Shown: positions 48,501-55,388 of the stretch, in pieces
Layout of the letters: each line of letters opens with the position of its first letter
Numbering within the stretch: the first letter of the stretch is position 1
Translations under genes and position numbers: made by a program
The notes under the pieces: generated by a model
The model's input: only the letters and a program-made list of their open reading frames with translations
What the model was told of the DNA's origin: nothing
Database searches by the model: none
DNA from: a virus
Taxonomy: Duplodnaviria > Caudoviricetes
Direction: 5' to 3' (one strand)
Virus record (IMG/VR): IMGVR_UViG_3300045391_006539
Length of the DNA stretch: 64,000 nucleotides

Positions 48501-48971
48501 GAGCGGGTTCAGAACTTCCTGACCGACGAGCTGCACGGCATCTACCAGAGCGAGGGCGTCCGCCGCCAGAACGTCGAGACCGTGGTGCGCTGCATGGGGC
48601 AGCTCACCAAGGTGCGGGACTCGGGTGACGCGGAGGGAGTGCTGAAGGGCGAGTATCGAAACGCATCTCACATCCGAGCCATCAACAAGGAGCTCGCCCG
48701 TCAGGGCAAGCGCCCCGTCGAGCATTCGCCCATCCTCAAGGGTATCGATATCTTGCCGCGCGAGATGCAGGAAGATTGGATGGCCAAGCTCATGCATAAC
48801 CACCTGAGCCAGACCATCTTGCAGGCTGCAGCAACGGGCGCGGTCTCTGACATCCACGGCACGCATCCCGTACCCGGCATCGCTTTTGGTGCGGAGTTCG
48901 GACGCACGAAGAAGGACTCTTTGAAGCCAGGTCTAGGTCATCTACGAAGTGCTCCGGATTATGGGTACTGA
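42513..48971 (+). CDS. rpoBC: DNA-directed RNA polymerase, fused beta-beta' single chain
   Basis: beta: YIVDGNEY, GPGGI, KTPE, GYNFEDG, GDKIAGRYGNKG, LNPSGVPGRMNIGQ, KLVHQVDKK; beta': GLFD, PVIPPALRP, RDPALHK, FNADFDGD, GARG, AAQALGERSIQLTLKAFHSGG. Confidence 0.95.
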   Translation: MAYLDHQEAYEDFKQSVLEGIRSHFPVTGSQQSVELKNLEVKDLEPGSDDIRGQHAAKVQGGSWSSPVYATLVMKNKAGAVVQEKTMRIAEIPRVTRRYSYIVDGNEYQVDSQWQLKSGVYARRRENGELESRFNTPNKGEFKIIFDPTTKQFNMHRGKAETIAVYPLMKAMGIDDDALEKSWGKEVLAANKNARGMAGALTKFYKADRRGDPADHAEALKYFQQTMADSQLDSAVTKTTLGKSFSSVEGDTLLRATDKLIKVQGGAPEDDRDSLEFKKLRTTGDYAYDRLTDWMTKRSIGARMARQVNKATDIRQVVKFNMLNDPIKKTFKTNSASRQASQINPLEMAAAAQQTTIMGPGGIQNTRVIDNTISLKLVNPSHLGFLDPVKTPENEKTGIILRLPTGVKKVDGEAKVPLYNIKTGKIDYLGPTEFGQQNVVLPDQVTWENGKPNPISSAVKASTIGNKLGEVKFKDAQYVMRHPSQLFSLTTNLIPFLGSNSGNRATYAGGQMEQAVSLKHRDAPLVQVGTGVKDPHIDSFEGIMGRQAGHVSLHSGEVVKVSKDAVAVKMANGKLHEVQLYDNFPLNDPKSMLYSTPTVKVGDKVKAGDSVADTNFTKGGRLALGTNLRVAYIPYKGYNFEDGVVISKSASEKLTSEHLYKESTRITDETVRDVKKFRIQHAGAFDDKQYDKLDDKGVVKIGTKVLPGDPLVLGMTPYKIKDRMGIAAVRKSLSGQHTDTSLRWKSDYAGEVVAVHEKPDGTVAVHVRTEEPMQVGDKIAGRYGNKGIVTQVIDDDKMPKTKDGKHIEVALNPSGVPGRMNIGQVLETAAAKIALKTGKPYIVNNFDGSSAVEKVKKELEKHGLSDQEELIDPETGHSLGKALVGPQHMLKLVHQVDKKVSVRSGMAPLEGSGETVEKYDSNLIPSGTGKVGAQSIGHNGLYTLLAHGAKANIREMQTWKSEGPDKETNLAKKWPSQHIQVWGAIQSGESLPTPTPTFSFHKFGELLRGAGINMEKQGNQLKLLPFTDKQTLALSNGEFKKPHMLTDARLDDKGELRPYSGGLFDPRITGGHGGRGWGHITLPEPVPNPVFEGAIRKLTGLSQKDYDDLAGGMRALGKSGKLVELNTPGSVTGGTALKQMLDDIDPKKELAKAEKELAGMKLTSSIAHGASTQKVDALVKKIKYLRTLDQVGMKPSEAYIIKHLPVIPPALRPPALMNGDVKWDDLNGLYQNLGQLVTRMKDPTLEKSLTDKGKMELRSDIYDGVKAIMGLDKLTDDKQKKGILHQIANNGNQPKHGFFQATLMKRKQDLTMRSTIIPEPSLGLDEIGLPRDKALSLYKPFVVRKLVEMGAARSPLSAQQLIADKDKSVYRALELATSERPVLIKRDPALHKHSVQAFKPRLVQGIAVRIHPLTTSGFNADFDGDTMSAYVPISDEAVKEARDMFPSNNLYNEATGKVIYKPTLEGALGLFKLSRVTGDSGKSYTSMAEALKAVKGGGLPIDKTITVAGQKTTPGRLLIASALPQQMQKKYMNADPKMLVDGKGLDALFDELAKNHKAEFGVAANRLKDLGNGAAYGSIMVSNSGNDGPRAIAAAEGHTKREFIPIPTHSLSLDDFMVDKGLRQKHVSSAQRQVDSIQKSRMTPAEKERKTVGVWQKMMTDLTSEHLAKHEKDPSNLALMVQADVKPSKTQYRQMVLAPGILEDAAGKPIAIPVIKSYAEGLDLAGYWIQSSGARGGTIKKVQEVRDPGAFSKQLMQTTMGSALVAEEDCGTQRGVSMSVGHRDVHDRVLAADFNAKGMTIPKGTVLSPDVVAKIRALDKDSSVLVRSTLKCEHEKGVCQKCAGVSPNGGFYRIGTNLGVIAAQALGERSIQLTLKAFHSGGVSTGGSGTMNSFKRVEDLTNLPSTIADSATLAMQGGTIEKLESDATGTKVWIGGKAHHIGKDRAGQLLSKPLAGVNTSWSPPKVGMKVEAGQVLSDPTRSFVNPHDLYKATGSMERVQNFLTDELHGIYQSEGVRRQNVETVVRCMGQLTKVRDSGDAEGVLKGEYRNASHIRAINKELARQGKRPVEHSPILKGIDILPREMQEDWMAKLMHNHLSQTILQAAATGAVSDIHGTHPVPGIAFGAEFGRTKKDSLKPGLGHLRSAPDYGY

Positions 48972-49003
48972 TTCAGAGTTGAGTAGATGCTAGACTCGAG
49001 TTC

Positions 49004-50263
49004 GTGCCCCTACCCGGCGTAGCTACGTACTCTCAGGCTGGACCTGACCAGAGACACCCCTTTCGAAACGCGTGGACGCAACCGGAAGGGGGCTCTGGCG
49101 CGTTCGTCCAGGAGTGCCAAGTCACCGATATCAATCTCAAGCTCTGGACGGTCGACGTCGTCACCAAGTTCGACCAGAAGCAATACCTGAACATTCAGAT
49201 TGCTTCTCCGTACATGCACTTCAACCAAGGTGAGGGCTTCTATGCGATGCCGGACATCGGCGCGAAGTGCCAGGTCTGTATCCCCAGTGATGGCCCACCA
49301 CCCTTCGTACTCGGCTTCATCATGCCGCAGGAGACGATAGATGGCGCGAGTGCGGACGCTCCCCAAGGAACAGATGGGCAGAAGGGAGGCGTCACCCAGA
49401 CCGCCACTACCGCCTCCTTCGCTGGTGGCCGTAAGCGGGCCAAGCCTGGAGACATGGGCGTCGCTTCCAGAGACGGGAGCTTTGTACGTCTCCACCGCGG
49501 TGGGGTCTTGCAGATTGGTGCTTCAGAGCTCGCTCAGCGCATTTACATCTCTCTACAAAACGTCATCACGGATATCAGCCAGAACTACCGTCACCAGAAC
49601 ACTGGCGGCAGCGTCAACTGGTTCATCTCCCCCGGAGAGTCTGTCACTAACCCTCCTACCACAGCACGGTATACCTATCGAGTTCTGGCCAATGAGGAGA
49701 AGGCTACCGTCCGTGTTGCCGTCGGACGAGTGAGCGACGTCTTGAAGGAACCGCTCGAGGAAGTTCGGAGCGACCTGACGCAGCTCGGTATCGATGGCAA
49801 GAGCATCGTCGCAGAGGTCATCATCGCGCCCGAGACCATTGCGGCAGAGGATGGGGCTCTCGGCAAGGACACTCCAGGTGCCAGCGTGCTTCGCTACTTC
49901 TTCGACAAGGCGGGCAATGCCCTCTTGCGGATGGAGGGCAGCGTCGTCGCGAGGGTCGGCAAGCGTCTGCGCCTGCGTGTCGATGACAACGTCGAGGTCT
50001 TCGGCAAGAAGGACATGACCATGACGTTCGATGGGGTCGGCCGCCTCGCAGCGCAGGGCGGACTCGACCTCTCGGGAGCCGTCGTTCGGGTCAACGGTGG
50101 CAGCAAGGCTGTGGCTACCGTGGGTTCGACCGTGATGATGACCGTGGTCGCGCCCATCCCCATCACGGTCGTCGTCGCCGGCGTGCCGAGCCCGGGAACC
50201 ATTCTCACCGGCGCGGTCTTCAGTGGGGTCATTACTAGCGGCAACCCGACCTTCCTCGCTTGA
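49004..50263 (+). CDS. Baseplate spike/hub protein (gpV/gp5-like)
   Basis: N-terminal OB-fold pattern (TVDV...GFYAMPDIG..C.V....P.VLG), beta-helix repeats, C-terminal VATVGS...G.ITSG. Confidence 0.65.
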   Translation: MPLPGVATYSQAGPDQRHPFRNAWTQPEGGSGAFVQECQVTDINLKLWTVDVVTKFDQKQYLNIQIASPYMHFNQGEGFYAMPDIGAKCQVCIPSDGPPPFVLGFIMPQETIDGASADAPQGTDGQKGGVTQTATTASFAGGRKRAKPGDMGVASRDGSFVRLHRGGVLQIGASELAQRIYISLQNVITDISQNYRHQNTGGSVNWFISPGESVTNPPTTARYTYRVLANEEKATVRVAVGRVSDVLKEPLEEVRSDLTQLGIDGKSIVAEVIIAPETIAAEDGALGKDTPGASVLRYFFDKAGNALLRMEGSVVARVGKRLRLRVDDNVEVFGKKDMTMTFDGVGRLAAQGGLDLSGAVVRVNGGSKAVATVGSTVMMTVVAPIPITVVVAGVPSPGTILTGAVFSGVITSGNPTFLA

Positions 50264-50294
50264 AGATGAGTCCTCGGGCTAATCTGGTCTAACG

Positions 50295-50939
50295 ATGGCC
50301 TCTGTAGATGAAATTGCGGGCGGAACGCTCGGTGAGCTCAACACGGGCCTCGACCAGGCCACGGTGCTGCTGCCGGCACTGACGGCGCAGATAGACGCGG
50401 CCATCGGGCTCGGCCTCGGCCCCCTCAAGTTTGACCTCGGGGTCCAGCTCAACGCCGCGCTGGCCGCGACGGCCACCCTCACGCTCCAGGTGGGCAACCC
50501 CCTGGCGGCCCTGCAGGCGGCGCTGGCGGCCGTCGTGCAGCTCCAGGCTGCCATCACGGCGAGTCTTGCCCTGCCACCAGTGCAGCTCAGTCTGGGCGCC
50601 GAGCTCAGCGCCATGGCGGCCCTCGCCGGTACGGTCTCGGCTCGGCTCGGGGCCATCGAGGGCATCATCCAGGCCGCGCTCGCGGCGAAGCTGCCAGCCG
50701 TTCAGTTCCTCGATGGTCTCGACCTGAACGTGGGCCCCGCCATCCTGCTCGGTTTCGACGGCATCAGCGACGGTACGCAGATGTCTCAGATTGGCAACCT
50801 CATTCAGAACAAGCTGCAGGCGCCCGTCACCTTCGGCGGCGATACCATCCAGCCCACGGACAACGTGAGTGGGGTGCTGCTCCTGACGACCGCAGACCCT
50901 GTCTTCACAGTGATGGCGCAGATATTTGCGGGGCTATGA
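50295..50939 (+). CDS. Ala/Leu-rich hypothetical (probable baseplate-associated) protein
   Basis: 214 aa; follows the spike gene. Confidence 0.6.
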   Translation: MASVDEIAGGTLGELNTGLDQATVLLPALTAQIDAAIGLGLGPLKFDLGVQLNAALAATATLTLQVGNPLAALQAALAAVVQLQAAITASLALPPVQLSLGAELSAMAALAGTVSARLGAIEGIIQAALAAKLPAVQFLDGLDLNVGPAILLGFDGISDGTQMSQIGNLIQNKLQAPVTFGGDTIQPTDNVSGVLLLTTADPVFTVMAQIFAGL

Positions 50940-50976
50940 GAAGCACTCGATGAGTGCTCCTCTGGGCACTCTGCCG

Positions 50977-51246
50977 TCAGCCGAGTGCACGTAGGTCATG
51001 AACCTCTTCGATGTTGGTGACCACCCATCCTGATTCGGTATCGGTGGTGTCTAGTCCCCCCAATTTCTCTAGGGTGGGAACTGGGTCGAGCACCTTTCGG
51101 TAGACCTCGGGTTCGTTACCGAACCGCACCTCGAAAAGCTCACTTCGGTCGCCCTTTTCATTCACCGTGAAAGGCCAACTCGGATGCGCAAAGAGAAAGA
51201 TGTTCCGGTGTGGATACCCAGTTCTGATGGTGAATTGATAAATCAT
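50977..51246 (-). CDS. Hypothetical protein (solitary opposite-strand gene)
   Basis: GGAGG RBS; own GGAATAAG motif at 51270-51277. Confidence 0.6.
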   Translation of the reverse strand: MIYQFTIRTGYPHRNIFLFAHPSWPFTVNEKGDRSELFEVRFGNEPEVYRKVLDPVPTLEKLGGLDTTDTESGWVVTNIEEVHDLRALG

Positions 51247-51269
51247 CGCGTTCTAGTCCCTCCAGTCCG

Positions 51270-51277
51270 CTTATTCC
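51270..51277 (-). promoter_or_regulatory. Candidate phage promoter GGAATAAG
   Basis: Intergenic; in the loop of CCAGTCCG/CGG(T)ACTGG. Confidence 0.55.
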
Positions 51278-51310
51278 GGTACTGGCAAACTCTTTGCTAT
51301 CCTCTCGGCC

Positions 51311-53662
51311 ATGCAGCCACTCTTCCTCGAGCCGCGAGTCGAGTTCCAAAAGACTGCGGCGATGACGCAGCTTCCTGAAGACCCAAACGCGTGGCCTCAC
51401 GAGATTCTGCAGGAGCTCTACAAGCAAGCACCCTACATCGCAGACTTCTCCCCGCACGTGGTGATGGAGAAGGTCGATGGGGAACAGGGGTATGGACTCG
51501 GGTTCGTAGAGGTGGGAAACCAGACCGAGATTCAGGCGGCTGCAACGCCCGAAGCCACGGCAGCATCTGGAGTGCGCAAGGTGCGCGTCCCCGTGGTCAT
51601 CAAGGACGGGATGCTCTTCCCCTTCGACTTGCTCGTGAGCGACGACTCGAAGGTCTTGCCGCTCACCGAGACGCGGCTACGTGCCGCCATCTTCCGTCCC
51701 CAGGCCTTCGACGTGACGAGTCGTACTCCTGGCGACCAGAGCATGATTGGCCAGCTCTATCCTCCATATCGCCAGAGCATGGGCTTTGGCAGCGGCACCA
51801 TGACGAGCGTTGGCATGGGCGGCATGGACAAGGGTGGCAGCGCGCTCGAGACCTACCTCGGCGAGAAGACGGCAGGCTTCCAGGAAGAAGCGGCGCAGTT
51901 CATGTCAGCGGACTACCTGCACGCGCCGGAGGGCACCAAGCAGGCACGCTACGGCAAGAAGGTCGCCTCGGGTGACGCGCGCGTCGGGATGATGGACGAG
52001 TTGCTTTCGAAGAGCGCCTCGGCGCTCGGCGCCGTCAACGCAGCGCTCGCGGGTCGAGGTGCAGCCAGTCAGGCCGTGAAGAATACGGCAGCGGCCAAGA
52101 GCCACGCCACGGCGGCGATGGTGCGCGCCAAGAACATCGCGAGCAAGAGCGGGCTCTTGAAGAAGACTGGGTCACTGCTCGCCGATATCGCGCCGACGGT
52201 TTACGAGAGCGACCTGCTCGCGTTCAAGCGCGCCATGGTCGACTCCGACCTGCAGCCCTTGCTCTACAAGAACGCAGCGGCCATGACCCCGGCACTCGAG
52301 GTGCTGCTCACGGTGCCAGAGCGGCCCAAGTTCGCCTCCGCTCTGCCCAGCCTGGTCTCGCCCACGGTGGTCCAGCTCAAGCGCACGGACGAGGGTTACA
52401 GGGTCAAGGCGGCGAGTCATCTCCTATGGGCGCCGTTCACGGAGGACATCGACCGCGGCGCCGCCGTCGCGCGCTTCGGCGAGAAGGTCGTCCTTGCAGC
52501 CGATTTGTCGGGTGCCGTCACTATGTCTGGGGAAGAACCCGCCGCCGAAGACATGGAAGCGGCGCAGCCCACCGCGGCGCCCAAATCTATAACGGCGCCG
52601 GGCGTCTATCGCGTGACCACGCCCGAGGGCGAGGACGTCGTCGGGCACGTCATTCCCAACCTGGTCGACATCGACGGCACGGAGTTGCCGCTCGCGCTCT
52701 TCACGAATGGTGAGCAGTCCATCGTGCAGGGTGACGTGGTGGGCGTTCCCGTAGACGAGGCCGTGGAACTACCCGCGGGAGCGAGCGAGCCTCACGGTCG
52801 TGGTGTATTTATCACCGAGGGTCCCGAAGGCACCAAAGCCACCATCCCGCTCGACATCCAGGGCTCGGTGGACATGGGCGATGGTGAGCCCTCGCTCTAT
52901 CGCGCCGAGAGTTTTACGGGTGAGCAGGTCATGGTCTCGCTCCAGCCCAACATCGTGGCCGTGACGGGCACCGAGGACGGCAAGATGCTCATCCCCTCGA
53001 GCTGGTCGTGGCTGCCACTCGACCATACGGATGCCGTAGCGCTCGAGTCCCAGGAAGATGGGCTCGGTGGCAAGACGGCCTCGCTCCGCGCTGCAGACTC
53101 CACCATCGAGCTCGTGAGCGGGCATGGCGGGACGTACTCGCTGCGGGGTCTACCCGTCGAGAAGCTCGCACATGACGAGCGCGAGATGCTCGGTCTCGAC
53201 GACACGATGTTTCTGCTCGCAGGTCTCGGTGTGCCGCAGAAGCGGGGCATCGAGAAGCTCGCCAAGGCGATGACTGGGCTCGAACCGGTGCAGGTGCGTG
53301 TGTATCACACACTCAAACTCGCGAGCGATGCGGCAGCGGAGGCCGTAGCCGCCGCGCGGGAGGTACTCGCACACCTACCCAACCTGCGCCAGCCCCATCT
53401 CTTCAAGGAAGCGGCAGTGCTCGGCGACCCCCAAGCCGTCGACACGGTGCTCGCTCTCGGGTTCCTAAACCCGGAGAATCTCACTACGTTCGTGGGCTAT
53501 CTGCCCGAGCTCGAGGCGAGCCAAGCCAAGCTCTGTGACATCTTGCTCGCGAGCCGTCTCGGCAGCCTCATCGAGACGCCCGAAGGCGCCGTCGAGCGCT
53601 CCGTGCGCAGCGTCGAGGCGGTACTCGAGGGGCTCAAAGCTCTGGCCTTCCAGCAGAACTGA
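51311..53662 (+). CDS. Large putative head/inner-core protein rich in K-x-A motifs
   Basis: 783 aa; more than 10 motifs (KTAA, KTAG, KVAS, KSAS, KFAS, KTAS, KLAS, KEAA); TATCCT 7 nt upstream. Confidence 0.65.
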   Translation: MQPLFLEPRVEFQKTAAMTQLPEDPNAWPHEILQELYKQAPYIADFSPHVVMEKVDGEQGYGLGFVEVGNQTEIQAAATPEATAASGVRKVRVPVVIKDGMLFPFDLLVSDDSKVLPLTETRLRAAIFRPQAFDVTSRTPGDQSMIGQLYPPYRQSMGFGSGTMTSVGMGGMDKGGSALETYLGEKTAGFQEEAAQFMSADYLHAPEGTKQARYGKKVASGDARVGMMDELLSKSASALGAVNAALAGRGAASQAVKNTAAAKSHATAAMVRAKNIASKSGLLKKTGSLLADIAPTVYESDLLAFKRAMVDSDLQPLLYKNAAAMTPALEVLLTVPERPKFASALPSLVSPTVVQLKRTDEGYRVKAASHLLWAPFTEDIDRGAAVARFGEKVVLAADLSGAVTMSGEEPAAEDMEAAQPTAAPKSITAPGVYRVTTPEGEDVVGHVIPNLVDIDGTELPLALFTNGEQSIVQGDVVGVPVDEAVELPAGASEPHGRGVFITEGPEGTKATIPLDIQGSVDMGDGEPSLYRAESFTGEQVMVSLQPNIVAVTGTEDGKMLIPSSWSWLPLDHTDAVALESQEDGLGGKTASLRAADSTIELVSGHGGTYSLRGLPVEKLAHDEREMLGLDDTMFLLAGLGVPQKRGIEKLAKAMTGLEPVQVRVYHTLKLASDAAAEAVAAAREVLAHLPNLRQPHLFKEAAVLGDPQAVDTVLALGFLNPENLTTFVGYLPELEASQAKLCDILLASRLGSLIETPEGAVERSVRSVEAVLEGLKALAFQQN

Positions 53663-53796
53663 TTGCATTTCCCGAAGAGCTGGGCCAGGTTATGCCTGGG
53701 CCAGCTACCCCGGGGTCGTCTTCTCCGTTCAGCGTTTTTCCGTGGGTTCGTCGTGCTTCGCCCTGTTCGGGGTAGCTGGGCCCGGCTTCGACCACC

Positions 53797-54729
53797 ATGA
53801 TTCGCTCGAGTCCTGCGGACTATTATTTGAAATATTTATGTACCCATCCCGAGGGGTACAAGAACGACCAGATACGGCGCCTCGTCAAGCTTCAAGGTCT
53901 CGACTTCTTGGGCATGGAGCATCTGCAGAACCTGCGAAGTGAGTGCACACCACCGACGCCGTTCTACCCAGAGGACAAGCTGCACCACTCGTCCATGCGC
54001 TTCCTCACCAAGGAACGCATCTACGGGCTCTATCATCCCGATGGGGACACCCTCATCGCCATCAAGTTGCTCGACAATCCCAAGGCCAAGGAGGTCGTCG
54101 AGAGCATGCTGGCCGCCGGCGCCGAGCCGGTCTTGATAGTCCACTCGCTCAAGCGCCTGCAATTCCAAGCGACGAGTCGAGCCGTCGAGCTCTACCAGCA
54201 TTTCTACTTCAACACGAAGCTCCTCGATTCGACAGAGCTCCGTGCCGTCTTGCTCATGCGGTCGCAGATAGATGTCGACCCGATGGATACGGATGCGAGC
54301 CGTTATCGGACTGCCTACGAGAAGGTCTCCAAGAGCAATGTACACATGCTGGCGCAGTCGTCTCCGCTCTCGCCCTTCAGCCGCATTCTAAACATGATGC
54401 AAGTTGGCATCATGCCAACGGGTGTGCAGATTGCGAAGCTCGCTACCATCGCGCGCATGGCTGCCGTGGTACGAACTGCCGAGAACTCCTTGCTGGGCCG
54501 CGCCGAGCGAGCCAGGGACTTCGCGCTCACTGGTAAAATCATGAACGAGCTCATCGAGAGCGTCGGTGACGCCTCGGGTGACTTGCAGAAGAGCATGATG
54601 GGTGTGGCGCTCGACACCGAGGCGAGTGCAGTGCCCAGTCTCGAGCAGCTCACACAGGGTAACTACACGGTAGAGTTACTCCCCGAGCGCGTAGGCGAAG
54701 ATTCCGAAGTGGAGGCAGCGAGTGAGTGA
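53797..54729 (+). CDS. Hypothetical helical protein (candidate small terminase)
   Basis: Helical; upstream of the large terminase; function inferred from position only. Confidence 0.5.
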   Translation: MIRSSPADYYLKYLCTHPEGYKNDQIRRLVKLQGLDFLGMEHLQNLRSECTPPTPFYPEDKLHHSSMRFLTKERIYGLYHPDGDTLIAIKLLDNPKAKEVVESMLAAGAEPVLIVHSLKRLQFQATSRAVELYQHFYFNTKLLDSTELRAVLLMRSQIDVDPMDTDASRYRTAYEKVSKSNVHMLAQSSPLSPFSRILNMMQVGIMPTGVQIAKLATIARMAAVVRTAENSLLGRAERARDFALTGKIMNELIESVGDASGDLQKSMMGVALDTEASAVPSLEQLTQGNYTVELLPERVGEDSEVEAASE

Positions 54730-55147
54730 GAGAACGGTAGTCCTGGGAGAAGTCGATGAGGACCGTGCGCGGCGCACCATCAGTGACATGCAGGCGGCCA
54801 GTGGTCCATCCTTGTCGGCTGTGATTGATGCAGTCCCCAAGTTCATCTCCGTCGATGACTTCACCACCTTTCGCGCCGAGTGGACGCTGCAGGATGGCAA
54901 CGTCATCGTTCACTTCTTCACGCCCTCCGTGGCCCCGACCATCGCGTACTGGACCGAGGTCTTCCCCGTGGCCCTCGACCGCGTTGGCCGCGAACACTTC
55001 GAGGCAGACAAGCCTAGGCTGCAGGCCAAGTATACGGTGGAGCTCAACTCCTGGTGGCTGCGTGCTTTGAAGTACGACCACATCATCGACATCGTCCGTT
55101 TCATGGATGCGTTCTTCGACAAGCTCGACGCTGCTCTCGAGGCATGA
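54722..55147 (+). CDS. Hypothetical protein
   Basis: GGAGG RBS; overlapping start. Confidence 0.65.
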   Translation: MSERTVVLGEVDEDRARRTISDMQAASGPSLSAVIDAVPKFISVDDFTTFRAEWTLQDGNVIVHFFTPSVAPTIAYWTEVFPVALDRVGREHFEADKPRLQAKYTVELNSWWLRALKYDHIIDIVRFMDAFFDKLDAALEA

Positions 55148-55388
55148 GACCGAAGCTCAGAAACCGCTTCTCGAAGACGAGGTCTTTCAGCATCCAGCCC
55201 GCCTCCTTCGTGTGCCAGCGCATGAAGTGACGCACCATGGGTCTCATCTTGACGGGGATGACCTCGCGCGCCTGGAAGTAGATTAGGTATCCGTCCTCCA
55301 GTGTCTGGATGACCGGGTTGTAGAATATCTCGTACGCTCTCTGTAGAGAGGCGAGCAGGTCTTCCACATAGGTATCTACTTTCATCAT
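55101..55388 (-). CDS. Hypothetical protein, head-to-head with terminase
   Basis: 95 aa, protein-like composition; fills the otherwise empty 55148-55386 gap. Confidence 0.45.
   Translation of the reverse strand: MMKVDTYVEDLLASLQRAYEIFYNPVIQTLEDGYLIYFQAREVIPVKMRPMVRHFMRWHTKEAGWMLKDLVFEKRFLSFGLMPREQRRACRRTHP

Noticed and set aside
42498-48971. Host chromosomal rpoBC locus or prophage boundary
   Set aside because: No ribosomal protein neighbours; flanked by portal, spike and terminase; no integrase in the window
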